Source: the human T2T-CHM13v2.0 reference genome, Homo sapiens
Length of the DNA: 64,000 nucleotides
Direction: 5' to 3' (one strand)
NCBI RefSeq assembly: GCF_009914755.1
Contig: NC_060930.1
The notes under the pieces were generated by a model that saw nothing but the letters and a program-made list of their open reading frames with translations, ran no database searches and was not told where the DNA came from. Positions 39,980 to 54,250 of the stretch are shown piece after piece; position 1 is the first letter of the stretch, and the number at the start of each line of letters is the position of its first letter. Both the position numbers and the translations under genes were made by a program.

Positions 39980-42775
39980 CTTTATAGAAAAGAAATTCCA
40001 ACCAAGAATTTCATATCCTGCCAAACTAAGCTTTATAAGTGAAGGAGAAACAAAATCTTCCTCAGACAAGCAATTGTTGAGGGAATACATTTCATCTAGA
40101 CCAGTCTTAAAGACATCCTTAAAGAGTGCTAAACACGGAATCAAAAGAACAAAACCTGCTACAACGAAAACATATAAGTATATAACCCACAGCCACTATA
40201 AATCAACTACACAATCAATTTTACATAACAGATAGCTAACAACATGGGGAAAAGGTTAAAATAATACATACCAACCTTGAATGTAAATGGGCTAAATTCC
40301 ACACTTAAAAGAGACACAGTGGCAGGCTTGATATAAAGACAAGACGAAAGCATCTGTTGTCTTCAGTAGACCCATATCACATGTAATGACATAGACAGAC
40401 TCAAAGAAAAGGATGGAGAAAGACCTATCATGCAAACGGAAAACAAAAGAGGAACAAGAGCCACTAGTCTTTTTTTTTTTTTTAAAGACAGGACCATATT
40501 CCCACTGCCCAGACTGGAGCGTAGCGCTATGATCTCAGCCCACTGCATCCTTGACTTCCAGAGCCCAGGTGATCCTCCCACCTCAGCCTCCCAAATAGCT
40601 GGGACCACAGGCCGTGCCACCATGCCCAGCTAATTTTAGTTGTTTTTAGTAGAGTCAGGGCTTCACCATGTTGCCCAGGCTTGTCTCAAAATCCTGGGCT
40701 CAAGCGATCCACACATCTCAGCCTCTCAAAGTGCTGGGATTACAGATGTGAACCACCATACCTGGGCAGGAGCCACTATTCTTATATCAGTAAAACAGAC
40801 TTTAAGTCAATAAAAGGAAGGACAATGAAGGGCATTACATAATGATAAAGGGTACAATCCAATAAAAAGCCATAACTGTCCTAAATGTATACATACCCAA
40901 CATTGAAGCAGCCAGTTTCATAAAACAGTTTCTTCTTGGCCTATGAAAAGACTTCGACAACCACACAGTAATAGTAGGAGACTTCAACAAGCCACTGACA
41001 GTGTTAGAAATATCACTGAGGCAGAAAACTAATAAACTCTGGATGTTAACTCAACATGTGACCAACTGGACCAAATGGACATCTACAGAACACTCCATCC
41101 AACTACTGCAGAATATATATTATTTTCATGTGCATGTGGGACATAGATTCTAAGAGCAACCACATGCTCAGTCATAAGGCAAATCTTAATAAATTTAAAA
41201 ACAAATGAAATCATACCAAGCATATTCTCAGACCACAGTGCAATAAAAATATAAATCAATATCAAGAAGAGCTCTCAAAGCTACACAAATACAATTAAAC
41301 AATTTGCTCCTGAATAACTACACAAAATAAATTAAACAATTTGCTCCTGAATAACTCCTGGGTGAACATAGAAATTGTCAGAAATAAAAAAAATTAGAAA
41401 TTAATGAAAATAGGGACACAATTTACCAAAATCTCTAGGATGCAGCCAAAGCAGTGTTAAGAGAAAAGTTTATAGCCCTAAAAGGCTTTCATTAAGAAGT
41501 TAGAAAGGTTTCGAATTAACAGTCTAACTTTTCACCTAAAGGAACTAGGAAGAAAAAAAAAGAACAACCCTAAAGCTAGCAGAGGAAAATAAATAACAAA
41601 AATTAGAGAACTTAATGAGATTGAGATGCAAAAATCCATACAAAAGATCAATGAAACCAAGAGGTCGTTCTTCAAAAAAACAATAAGATTGACAGAACAC
41701 TAGCTAGATTAACAAAGAATAAAATCAGAGAAGATCCAAATAAGTACAATTCGAGTTTATAAAGATGACATAACAGCTGATCCCACAGAGATCCTCATAG
41801 AATACTGTGGACAATTCTGTGCACACAAACTAGAAAATCTACAGGAAATTGTCAAATCCCTGGAAACATACAACCTCCAAAGATTGAACCAAGAAGAGAG
41901 TGAACACTTGGAACAGACCAATAACAAGTTAGGAAATTGAATCATTAAGCGCCATGAACCAGATAGATTCACAGTCAAATTCTACCAGACATACAAAGAA
42001 CTGGTACCAATCCTACTGAAACTCTGCTTAAAAATCAAGGAGAAGGGGCTTCTCCCTAACTAATTCTACAAAGACAGCATCAGCCTGATACCAAAATCTC
42101 GCAGAGACACAACAACAAAAGAACACTTCAAGCCAATGAACATAGATGCAAAAATCCTCAACAGAATACTAGCAAACCGAATTCAGTAGCACATCAAAAA
42201 GTTAATACACTATGATCAAATAGGCTTTATTCCTGGGATACAAGGCTGGTTCAATGTAAGCAAATCAATAAATGTCATTCACCACACAAACAGAACTAAA
42301 AGAATTACTGGGATAATCTACTGATTACCTCAGTAGATGCAAAAAAAACTTTTGATAAAATTCATATCTCTTTATGATAACCCTCAATAGGCTAGGCATT
42401 GAAGGAACATACCTCAAAACAATAAAAGCCATCTATGACAAACCCACAGCTAACATCATACTGAATGAGCAAAAGCTGGAACCATTCCACTTGAGAACCG
42501 GAACAAGACAAGGATACCCACTCTCACCAATCCTATTCAAGATAGTACTGGAAGTCCTGGCCAGAGCAATCAGGCAAGAGAAAGAAATAAAAGGCATTCA
42601 AATAAGAAATGAAGAAATCAAACTGGCTCTCTTCATTAAAAATATGATTTTATACTTAGAAAACCCTACAGACTCTGCCAAAAGGCTACTAGAACTGATA
42701 AACAATTTTAGCAAGGTTTCAGGATACAAAATCAATGTACAAAAATCAGTAGCATTTCTATATACAGTAATGTCT
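39980..42775 (+). mobile_element. L1 ORF1 3' end plus degenerate ORF2 (endonuclease to RT), 3'-truncated
   Basis: ccaagaatttcatatcctgccaaactaagc (ORF1 end); ORF 42374-42781 [24 protein letters not shown]...[10 protein letters not shown]...[10 protein letters not shown] is L1 RT. Confidence 0.93.
40472..40767 (-). mobile_element. AluJ inserted in L1
   Basis: AluJ-like diagnostics (gatcctcccacctcagcctcc, ctcaagcgatcc); TSD gagccacta(g/t)tctt. Confidence 0.92.
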
Positions 42776-44989
42776 AATTGAAATATATACTAAATTATTT
42801 TTAAAACAACTTTTAGATTTTTTCTTACAAATTTTTGCAATGATGTTGTGAGGATGCTTTCCTTTTGCAAAAGGCTTATTCCATACCTTTTCCTTTTGCA
42901 AAATGTTTAGTTCTGTAATCATGACATAATCAACATGAGACATGTTAGAGGATTGGATGTTCAAAATGCTGACTTTCCTGGCAAAACCTATGTTGTCAAG
43001 TAGGTGATAAAAGTGTTTTCTAATAAAACAAGCACAGTGCTTATTTGTTATATGTCAGTGCAAACCAAATGAGCTTGAGTTTTCTAGCTGGTCGAATTTT
43101 AAACACAACAACCAGTTATTTCTATCGATTGCACTTATCCATTTGTTTAGCTTTAAACCATATTCTGGATTTGTTGTTTTGTCCCATTACACTGTTAAAG
43201 GAAAAAGAGAAAATATTCCATGAAGTTTTGCTGAGACAAAATTTTGGAATAAAATGAAATATGAGCTATGCTGTAAAACAAACATTGCAATATGAACATA
43301 TGGAATGAAGCAGCTTTATTGGAAAACTCAGATCTGTGGAGGTGGCAGCACTCATGTTTGAGATTCACAAATGTTAGTGTTAGCTTAAGTGGGATAATGA
43401 TGCTTAAAAAAAGAGCAGAATTTCCAGTGTGCACAGAGAAAAATACTGATAAGACTTGATTTATTAAAAGTAGGAAGTAAAGTCAAGTCATATACAGAAA
43501 AGTCCTCACCTATTACCTGAACTCAAAGGGTAATTCTTTTGTATTGTATGGCTTCAGTTAGTTGGATTTACGTAATCTTTTATTTTTTAATTTAGCATTA
43601 AATGCTTTATATATATATATTTATTATGCCTTAAGTTCTAGGAAGCGGATTTGCATAATCTTATGTCAGTATCCACTGGCATCGAGGTGGAGCCACTCTA
43701 ATAAATCCTGCAGGCTAGATGGAGAAAGAAAGTTTTTTAATTTATTTAACGAGTTAAGTTCACTTACATATTGTAACTGAATAAGTCTGGCAAAAATAGA
43801 TGACAGACAAAAGAACCTTAGAGAACATCCAACACAGTTTCCCATCTCATCTGCTTTGATCTCTCCTGATCTCCTTTCAACTTCTTCAAATGCCTGGGAA
43901 CATGCCCACACCAACCTAAACATGGATGGACACAAGCTTCTGCATAAGAGCCAGAAAGGATACTGACACAATTGAAATTGAGCATTTGGCGTTCATCTAT
44001 GTCAAGCAGAAATAGATTATAAATCCGTGTGAAATTAAAAATAGATAAGTACATAAAATCCATGCGTGTGTGTGTGTGTGTGATCTGCTTCAGCAACTCA
44101 TCATTTCTTCCTTTAAACTTCTGTAAAGAGAGGTAGGGCACAGCAAATAGACCTAAGGAACTTGAGTTAAAAATTTACAAAGCATCACTTTATGACACCT
44201 CTAATTAACTCCCTCTCCTTTGAAAGAATGGAGACCACTAGAGAAGTGGTCTGTTACCTTAAATGAGTCATTTCAATTCTGAGTGAGGCATGAATTTACT
44301 TAATGTCATAGCTTTAGGAAATTTGATCACCATATTCCTTTAAGTTATTAGTAATTTAATAGGGAAAAAGTAAGACATGGAATGAAATGAAAGATTATTT
44401 TATGTGAATTTTTGTGAACAGAGGAATATTAGAAAGAAATAGGGTTTAGGAAATAGTCTATAATTTGCTGAAGATAAGTCTATGGTAGTAAGTGATTAAT
44501 TCAGAAGTAGTTACATCCTGATAAAATCAAATACTTTATGCTTGTGAAAATTTGAACACAGTATAAGAAAGTAGACATGTGAGCAATACTGTGGTATTTT
44601 TGTACATTCTTCAGTTGGAAGATTCTTCACTTGTAGTAGGCTTTTGGCAGATCTGGGTCATTGTTATCCTAGGCAGAGTTGGGGTGGGGTAGAGATTGGT
44701 TAATACCTTTTGCCATTGCTACATTTTGGATTTTGAATTTCTGAATCTGGCTAAGTTTGCAATACATTTTTATTCTCTAATGTTTCCTAAAAATTCTGAC
44801 TTTCCTAGCAAAGTGAAAACTGTTAAAGGTGACTCAAGAAGAAAAAGAAAACTCAAATCTTCCTATAGCATGAGAGAAACTGAACCATTAGCTTATTTTT
44901 CCTTAATGATAGCACTAGGCTCAATTGATTTTATTGGTAAGTTTTACTGGAGCTCAATGTTTTATACACAGTGTTCTAGAAGATTGATG

Positions 44990-46050
44990 AGAAAACCTAG
45001 CCCATCTCATTTTATAAATTTTGTGTAACTTCAAAACCAGACAAGGATAATTAAAGAACACAAAACTGTAAATCAATCTCACTCAGAAACATAGGTGCAA
45101 AGTTTTTATAGCAAACTGAATCCAGAAGTTTTCCAGACCAAGTTGGGTTTATTCCAGGAATGGCAGATTGACCTAACATTAGACATTGTATTAATATAAT
45201 TTATTACATTGATTGACTAAAAAGAAAACTATACCATTTCAGTGCATGCAGAAAGAGCATTTAGTAACATTAAGTACCAGCTTATCATTAAAAGAAGAAA
45301 TTAGAAACTTCCTTTACCTGATAAAGGTTATCTACCAAAAACCTGTAACAACCACTATATTTAATGGTAAAATATTGGAAGCATTAGCTTTAATATCAGA
45401 AACCATGAAACCTACTGAAACTAATTATATTTATTGTTGTACTCGATGTCCTAGGACAGGAGGTAAAAGAAATAAAAATGCCGTTCATTGACAGAATATG
45501 ATTTTCTACATAGAAAATCTAATTTAGGCCATATATACTGCTTATTAGAATTAATTGGAGTTTAACAATGTTGCTATAGATAAACATCAATACAAATTGA
45601 AAATAAAAACTTTAAAAAACATCAGTATCTATGGTAGTGACTATAGGTATCTGGGGATAATCTTTAAAAAATCATTTGAGACCTTTATGGAAAAATTATG
45701 ACTTAAAATAATTAACATTTTTTAAAAAAGACTATGTTCACAGATAGATTCATTGCAATATAAGTTGTTGCTTAATGGATCTCTAGAGTCAGTCCAATTT
45801 CTAAGAAAACCAAGTGGGTTTTTTTTGAAAAATTATGACTTAATTAAAAAAAATTTAAAAATGTTTTTTAAAAGACTGTATTCATAGCTAGAGACATTTA
45901 TTGCAATTTAAGTTGTTATTTAATGGCTCTCTAGGGTCTGTCCAAGTTATAACAAAATCAAGCTCTCTTTTTTTCTTGAAATGTGACAAATTGATTCTAA
46001 AATGTTGTAGATGAGTAAGAGCCCAAAATAACCAAGATACTCCAAAGAAG
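44990..46050 (+). mobile_element. Ancient L1M ORF2 fragments
   Basis: gaccaagttgggtttattccaggaatg, ctgataaaggttatctaccaaaaacct, atgattttctacatagaaaat and gacaaattgattctaaaat resemble L1 ORF2. Confidence 0.65.
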
Positions 46051-46319
46051 AACTGAGTGAGGGCTGATTTCTGCTACATGTTGAAGCAAAGGAGCCCCCC
46101 ACATGTAGATGATGTGGACATCACTTGTCTCTGTCCCTTAAGAGAACCCAAAACACACAGCACTGATGACACCTGTTCTGCCTCTCACCTACCATGGGAC
46201 CAGATGAGGTTGATTTAACTTGACTTGTCCTCCTAGGATGTTCCTCCTATCTTACTGAACTGCTCTTGGGGATTAAATGACAAGGAATATAATAATGCCT
46301 AATACAGGGAGGACTTTGA

Positions 46320-46541
46320 CAGTGATTCAGCAGTGAATCTAGAGCCAGCCTGCCTGAATTCAAATCTCAGCACTACTTCTTATTTGCTGGGTGGTTAATC
46401 TTTCTCTGCTTCAGTTTTCTCATCTGGAAAATGGAAAAAATAGCAGTACTTCTTCCATATGGCTATCGTGAAGATTAAGTGAATTAATACATGTAAAACT
46501 GGAACATCACCTGGCACATAGTGCTCAGCAAGTATTAGCTC
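46320..46541 (+). mobile_element. MIR SINE
   Basis: ctgcctgaattcaaatc...ctctgcttcagttttctcatctggaaaatgg...gtgaagattaagtga...cctggcacatagtgctca. Confidence 0.85.
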
Positions 46542-48962
46542 TTCTTTTCATTTTGTTTACACCTTTATTCTTTTCATCAAAATGCTTTCATCCTTGTGTT
46601 ACTATTTGACAATACTTTGCATTAAGTTTAATTTAATGTTAAATTGTATTCAAATAGTACATACCTTAAGTGATAAAGACAATAACATATTTATTTAACA
46701 TGTGAATAGTGAACACCTGGTATAGGCTGAGGTTTAAAGTGTCTAGGAGGTCAAATAACTATCAGTTTATTAGGGAGATATTTTTCAATGAACAGCATGA
46801 TTACTGAGATCCACTACAATGGGGATATGTAAATAGTACAGTCTAAACATAAAAAAAGGGTGCCTGAGTGAACCTAAGCAAATCAGTCCAGAAGACTTCA
46901 TAAAGAATATAGGATTTTCTCTGAGATTGATGAATGAGTAAGTGTCCTGGACACATAAACATATAAGCCAGCCATTCACAGAAATCAGTTAATTAAAAAC
47001 CTTTGCAAGGTGTGGCAACAGTGTGTGTTGATAGACACCAACAAATCAGATCAATAATTTCATTTCCTTAATGGCAAATGATACAGAAAATTATGGAAAC
47101 AGATAAATCAGATGATGACACAGCATACTGTCACATGGAGATATATCTTTTCATTTTTTCATGGAGTCTTACAGCTGTGGATTCATAGCAGGCTTGAGTA
47201 CTCTCATTTCCTTTATCCTGACCCCAGCTTCCTTGTGGAAGTTGGCTTGATGCCTCCTGGAGGCTCTTCTTCTGGAGACTTGATATGAGGCTACCTGGTA
47301 ACTGAAAGCAAGTGACTGGTACATGTAAAGAACAATACAGTCCTAGATGGTGGTTACAGTGAGGTCAGAGTCAGTTTCCAGAAGTATTCATTGGACCAAC
47401 CTCCAGCATATCCCAGATATGTTCCTCATATTGAGCCGGGGTCCTCAAGCCTCTCTCATCATTTAAGTTACATAACTAGTAGCTAAGTCTGAGACTCGCT
47501 CCCTAGTCCTTCAACTTGTCTTCACCACCAACTTTTCTTTCCCAAGAGGCATAATGGCCTTGAAGAAACAGCTTTATTTAATCATACAGACTGCAGTTAG
47601 AACCTACTACTTATTAATAGCTGTGGTTTCTTAAGAAACTTATTTTCATGTATAAATATAAATCTCAATTCCTTATTTGTAAACTGAGGATGATTATAGC
47701 TAACATATAGGGTTCCATGAGCTAACATATACAAAGTGGCTTGTGCATTGACAGATATTTAATAGGAATGTAATAAATTGTTTATATTCTTTTTTCCATA
47801 TTCTAAAATTGAACTGTATCCAATATTAAATCCACCTGCCCCCTCTGTCAATATTCTGTGCTTCACAGTGCTAATGATTTTCTATTACATTTTTTTCAGA
47901 TATACCCCCATGAAAGAACCTCTGTTAAATTTTCAGTAAATTAAAACTTAAACGTCTCCAGATGGGTCCATGAATGACTAAAAAAAATCTTCTAGTGAAA
48001 AATAACAAGATCGTCAACAGAAAAAGTGACAAACATAAAGTATATCTAGCCATTATAGAAAATGTAAAAAAATTTATTTGTATTCACATTAGGCCTATTT
48101 TAACACAGAACACTGTGTAAATGTCCAGATTGACTTTTGTTAGACCATATTGTCAGATTTATTTTAGTAGAAGATGAAGCACACACTTCATAATGGAGTA
48201 TAAAATTTACCAAAGTTGTAGATAATCCATTCAAATGGAATGTGTCTATATGTGTTTTGGACTACTTAACACTGCAAATGCAACTTCAAATAATTAAATT
48301 AAAAACATAAAAATTATTCCCAAAAGTAATATCATGGGCTACTTTACATTTTATTCAATTTAATCTAGCAAAAAATTTTGAATGCCAGATACTGCAAAGA
48401 ATTCTACAATCACAACTAAGGGGATGGTCACTGACCTTGGAAGAGCTGATAGTCTAGTGAGAAATAAAACAAATATATGAATTAATTATAATATAAAATA
48501 AAATAAGATGAACAAAATTGGAAGACTAAGCTATAAGGTCCACTAAGCAGTGGCTATTTTTTTTCATTTCCCCCCTATGTATACAAGTGTTTATTTGTAT
48601 TATTTTTACAATTTGGGGATTGTGCTGTGTGTTTTGATTCCAGCTTATTTTCATTTTTCATTGTATCATGGACATTGTTTCATATTCTTAACTTGTTCAA
48701 AAGTCGTGTTTAATGGCCATAAGGTATTCCATCATATGATAGTAATTTAAATATTCCTCTATTTTTGACCATTTAGATTGTTTACTCACTGCTACAAGCC
48801 TCAGAAGAAATAAAAGAGCAAAAATACCCCTAAACATTTATTATTAATGTAAAGTGTGTTCAAACATGTTTTCTACTACATACATTAAGCAAAGTTACTA
48901 TCAGATCTTATATTATTGTATATAATTTTGTAGATATAATTAAACAGTACTACTCAGATTAA

Positions 48963-49295
<333 letters not shown>

Positions 49296-49470
49296 GTAGA
49301 TTTTCTTCTTAACTTGGCTTGCCATTCACATGTATATACCTACCACACATAGATTTTCATAATTGTACCCAAATGCTATAGTTTATTGTGTACTTGCTAT
49401 TATTTGCTATAAAATATTTCTTTATAATAAACCTATTGTGTTTTGGGGTGGTCTACTATTAAAAGTATAG

Positions 49471-49786
<316 letters not shown>

Positions 49787-50129
49787 TAGATTATCAACAA
49801 TAAATTTTAATATTGGGAGCTATTCAAAGTGCATTCTGTGTACTTTTTCTGTCTCATACTTTCTACAGTCTCATCCTTTCTATAGTCTCATCATTAATTT
49901 TATAAAAATATTTATCTTTGAAATATTTACTTGTGTAATAATGACTTTGTTATTTTAACAAAAGAGTAAGTATTCATGTATTTTGGCCTGTGGTTTTTTT
50001 TGTTTGTTTCTTTGTTTGTTTGTTTGTTTTACTGAATAGCTTGTGGCTTGCCATCTTTATTTAACCATCTGGTGAAATGTTTCTCTTCCATACTAAAATG
50101 GCTTTATTCTTTACCATTTTACTTGTTAA

Positions 50130-50498
50130 AACTTTTATTTTAGTATTGGGGTACATGTGTAGGTTTGTTATATAGGTTGTGTGTCACGGGGATTTGGTGT
50201 ACAGATTATTGGCCACACAGGTAATAAGCATAGTAACTGATAGGTAGCTTTTCCATCTTCACCCTCCTGCCAACCTCAGCCCTCAAGTAGGCCTCAGTGG
50301 TTTGCTGCCTTCTTTATGTTCATGTGTACTCAATGTTTAACTCCCATTTATAAGTGAGAACATGTATTCAGTTTTCTGTTCCTGAAATAATTAGCTTAGG
50401 CTAATGGCCTCCAGCTCCATCCATGTTGATGCAAGGACATGATCTCATTCCTTTTTATGACTACATGATATTGCATGGTGTATATATACAATATTTTC
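50130..50498 (-). mobile_element. 3' end of an older L1PA (L1PA15/16-like)
   Basis: ggggtacatgtgtaggtttgtta...ggtgtacagattatt...caggtaataagcatagta...taagtgagaacatg. Confidence 0.8.
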
Positions 50499-51428
50499 TT
50501 TTTTTTTTTTTAATTTCCAACTTTTAAGTTCAGGGTACATGTGCAGAATGTGCAGGTTTGTTACATAGGTAAACATCTGTCCTGGTGATTTGCTACACAG
50601 ATCATCCCATCACCCAAGTATTAAGCCCAGCATCTATTAGCTATTCTTCTTGATGCTCTTCCTCCTCCAACCCAAAGCCCTGCATCAGGCTGGTGTGTGT
50701 CATTGTCCCCAGTGTGTCCATGTGTTCTCATCATTTAGCTCCCACTTATAAGTGAGAACATGTGGTATTTAGTTTTCTGTTCCTGCATTAGTTTGCTAAG
50801 GATAATCGCTTCCAGCTCCATCCATGTCCCTGCAAAGGACATGATCTTGTTCTGTTTTATGACTGCATAGTATTCCATGGTTTATATGTACCACATTTTA
50901 TTTGTCCAGTCTATCATTGACAGGCATTTAGGTTGATTCCATGTGTTTGCTATTGTGAATAGTACTGCATTGAATATATGTGTGCATGTATCTTTATAAC
51001 AGAACCATTTATATTCCTTTGGGTATGTAATCAGTAATGGGATCGCTGGGTCAAATGGTATTTCTGTGTCTAGGTCTTTAAGGAATTGCCACATCATCTT
51101 CCACAGTGGTTGAATTTACACTCCCACCAACAATGTAAAAGTGTTCCCTTTTCTCCACAACCTCACCAGCATCTGTTGTTTTTTGATGTTTTAGTAGTAG
51201 CCATTCTGACTGGTGTCAGATGGTATTTCATTGGGGTTTTGATTTGCATTTCTCTAATGATAACAGTAATGTTGCACTTTTTTCATGTTTGATGGCCACA
51301 TGTATGTCTTCTTTTGAGATGTGTCCTTCTGTTCATGTCCTTTGCCCACTTTTTAATGAGGTTCTTTTTTTCTTGTAAATTTGTTTAAGTTCCTTATAAA
51401 TGCTGGATATTAGACTTTTTTCAGATGG

Positions 51429-51766
51429 TGATATGGTTTGGCTGTGACCCCACCCAATCTCACATTGTGGGTGGGACCCAGTGAGAGGTAATTGAATCAT
51501 GGGGGCAGATCTTTCCCGTGCTGTTCTCATGATAGTGAATAAGTCTCATGAGATCTGATGGTTTTAAAAAGGGGAGTTTCCCTACACAAGCTCTCTCTTT
51601 TTGTCTGCCATCATCTATGTAAGATGACTTGTTCCTCCTTGCCTTCCCCCATGATTGTGAGCCCTCTCCAACCACATGGAACTGCAAGTCCATTAAACCT
51701 CTTTGTTTTGTAAATTGCCCAGTCTCGGGTATGCCTTTATGAGCAATGGGAAAACGGACTAATACA
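51429..51766 (+). mobile_element. THE1B-like solo LTR inserted in L1
   Basis: tgatatggtttggctgtg...aaaacggactaataca; exact 5-bp TSD GATGG. Confidence 0.95.
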
Positions 51767-53367
51767 GATGGATAGATTGCAAAAATTTTCTCCCATTCTG
51801 TAGGTTGCCTGTTTACTCTGTTGATGGTTCCTTTTGCTGTGAAGAAGCTCTTAATTAGATTCATTTGTCAATTTTTGCTTTTGTTGCAATTGCTTTTGGC
51901 ATCTTCGTCAAGAAATCTTTGCCTGTGCTTATGTCCTATTGCCTAGGTTTTCTTCTAGGGTTTTTATAGTTTTGGGTTTTACATGTAACTCTTTAATCCA
52001 TCTTGAGTTGATTTTTGTATATTGTGTAAAGAAGGGGTCCAGCTTCAGTTTTCTGCATACGATTAGCCAGTTCTCCCAGCACCATATAAAACAGGGAATT
52101 TTTTCTCCATTGCTTGTTTTTGTCAGGTTCATCAAAGATCAAATTGTTATAGGTGTGTGGTTCTATTTCTGGGTTCTCTATTGTGTTTCATTGTTCTGTG
52201 TGTCTGTTTTTCTACCAGTAGCATGCTGTGTTGTTTACTGTAGCCTTGTAGTATAGTTTGAAGTCGAGTAACATTGATGCCTCCAGCCTTGTTCTTTTTG
52301 TTTAGGATTGTCTTGGCTATTTGGGCTCTTTTCAGGTTTCATATGAATTTCAAAATAGTATTTTCTAATTCTGTGAAGATTGTCAATAGTAAGTTAATGG
52401 GAATAGCATTGAATCTATAAACTGCTTTGGGCAGAATGGCCATTTTAATGATATCAGTTCTTATTAATGAGTCTGGAATGTTTTCCATGTCTTTGTGTCA
52501 TCTCTGGATTTCTTTGAGCAGTGGTTTGTAGTTCTCATTGAAGAGGTCCTTCACTTCCCTTATTAGCTGTATTCCTAAGTGTTTTATTCTTTTTATGGCA
52601 ATTGTGAATGGGAGTTCACATTCATAATTTGGCTCTTGGCTTGCCTGTTGTTAGTGTATAGGAATGCTAGTAATTTTTGCGCATTGATTCTGTATCCTGA
52701 GACTTTGATGAAGCTGCTTATCAGCTTAAGAATCTTTGGGGCCAAGATGATGGATTTTCTAAATATAAGATTATGTCATCTGCAAACAAAGATAGTTTGA
52801 CTTCCTCTCTCTTTATTTGAATATGCTTTATTTCTTTGTCTTGCCTGATTGCCCTAGCCAGAACTTCCAGGACTATGTTGAATCAGAGTGATGAGAGAGG
52901 GCAACCTTGTCTTGTGCTGGTTTTCAAGGGGAAGGCTTCCAGCTTTTGCCCATTCAGTATGATATTGGCTGTGGGTCTGTCATACATATATGGCTCTTAG
53001 TAGCTAGAGGTATGTTCCTTCAGTACCTTGTTTATTGAGCATTTTTAACATGAAGGGATGTTGAATTTTATTGAAGGCTTTTTCTGAATCTATTGAGATA
53101 ATCATGTGGTTTTTGTTGTTAGTTCTGTTTTTGCCCTGAATCACATATATTGATTTGCATATGTTGAACCAACCTTGCATCCCACGGGTGAAGCCAGCTT
53201 GATTATGATCGATAAGCTTTGTGATGTGCTGCTGGACTTGGTTTGCCAGCATTTTATTGAGGATGTTTGCATTGATGTTCATTAAGGATATTGGCCTAAA
53301 GTTTTTTGTTGTTGTATCTCTTCCAGGTTTTGGTATCAGGATGATGCTGGCCTCATAGAATGAGTTA

Positions 53368-53493
<126 letters not shown>

Positions 53494-53731
53494 CTATTTA
53501 TTACTGCCTCAATTTCAGAACTCGTTATTAGTCTATTCAGGGATTCAGTTTCTTCCTGGTTCAGTCTTGGGAGGGTGTATGTGTCCAGAAATTTATCCAT
53601 TTCTTCTGTATTTTCTAGTTAACGTGCATAGAAGTGTTCATAGTATTCTCTAATGGTTGTTTGTATTTCTGGCATCAGTGGTAATATCCTGATTATTTAA
53701 TATCCCAGTATTTCTGATTGTGTTTATTTGA

Positions 53732-54250
<519 letters not shown>

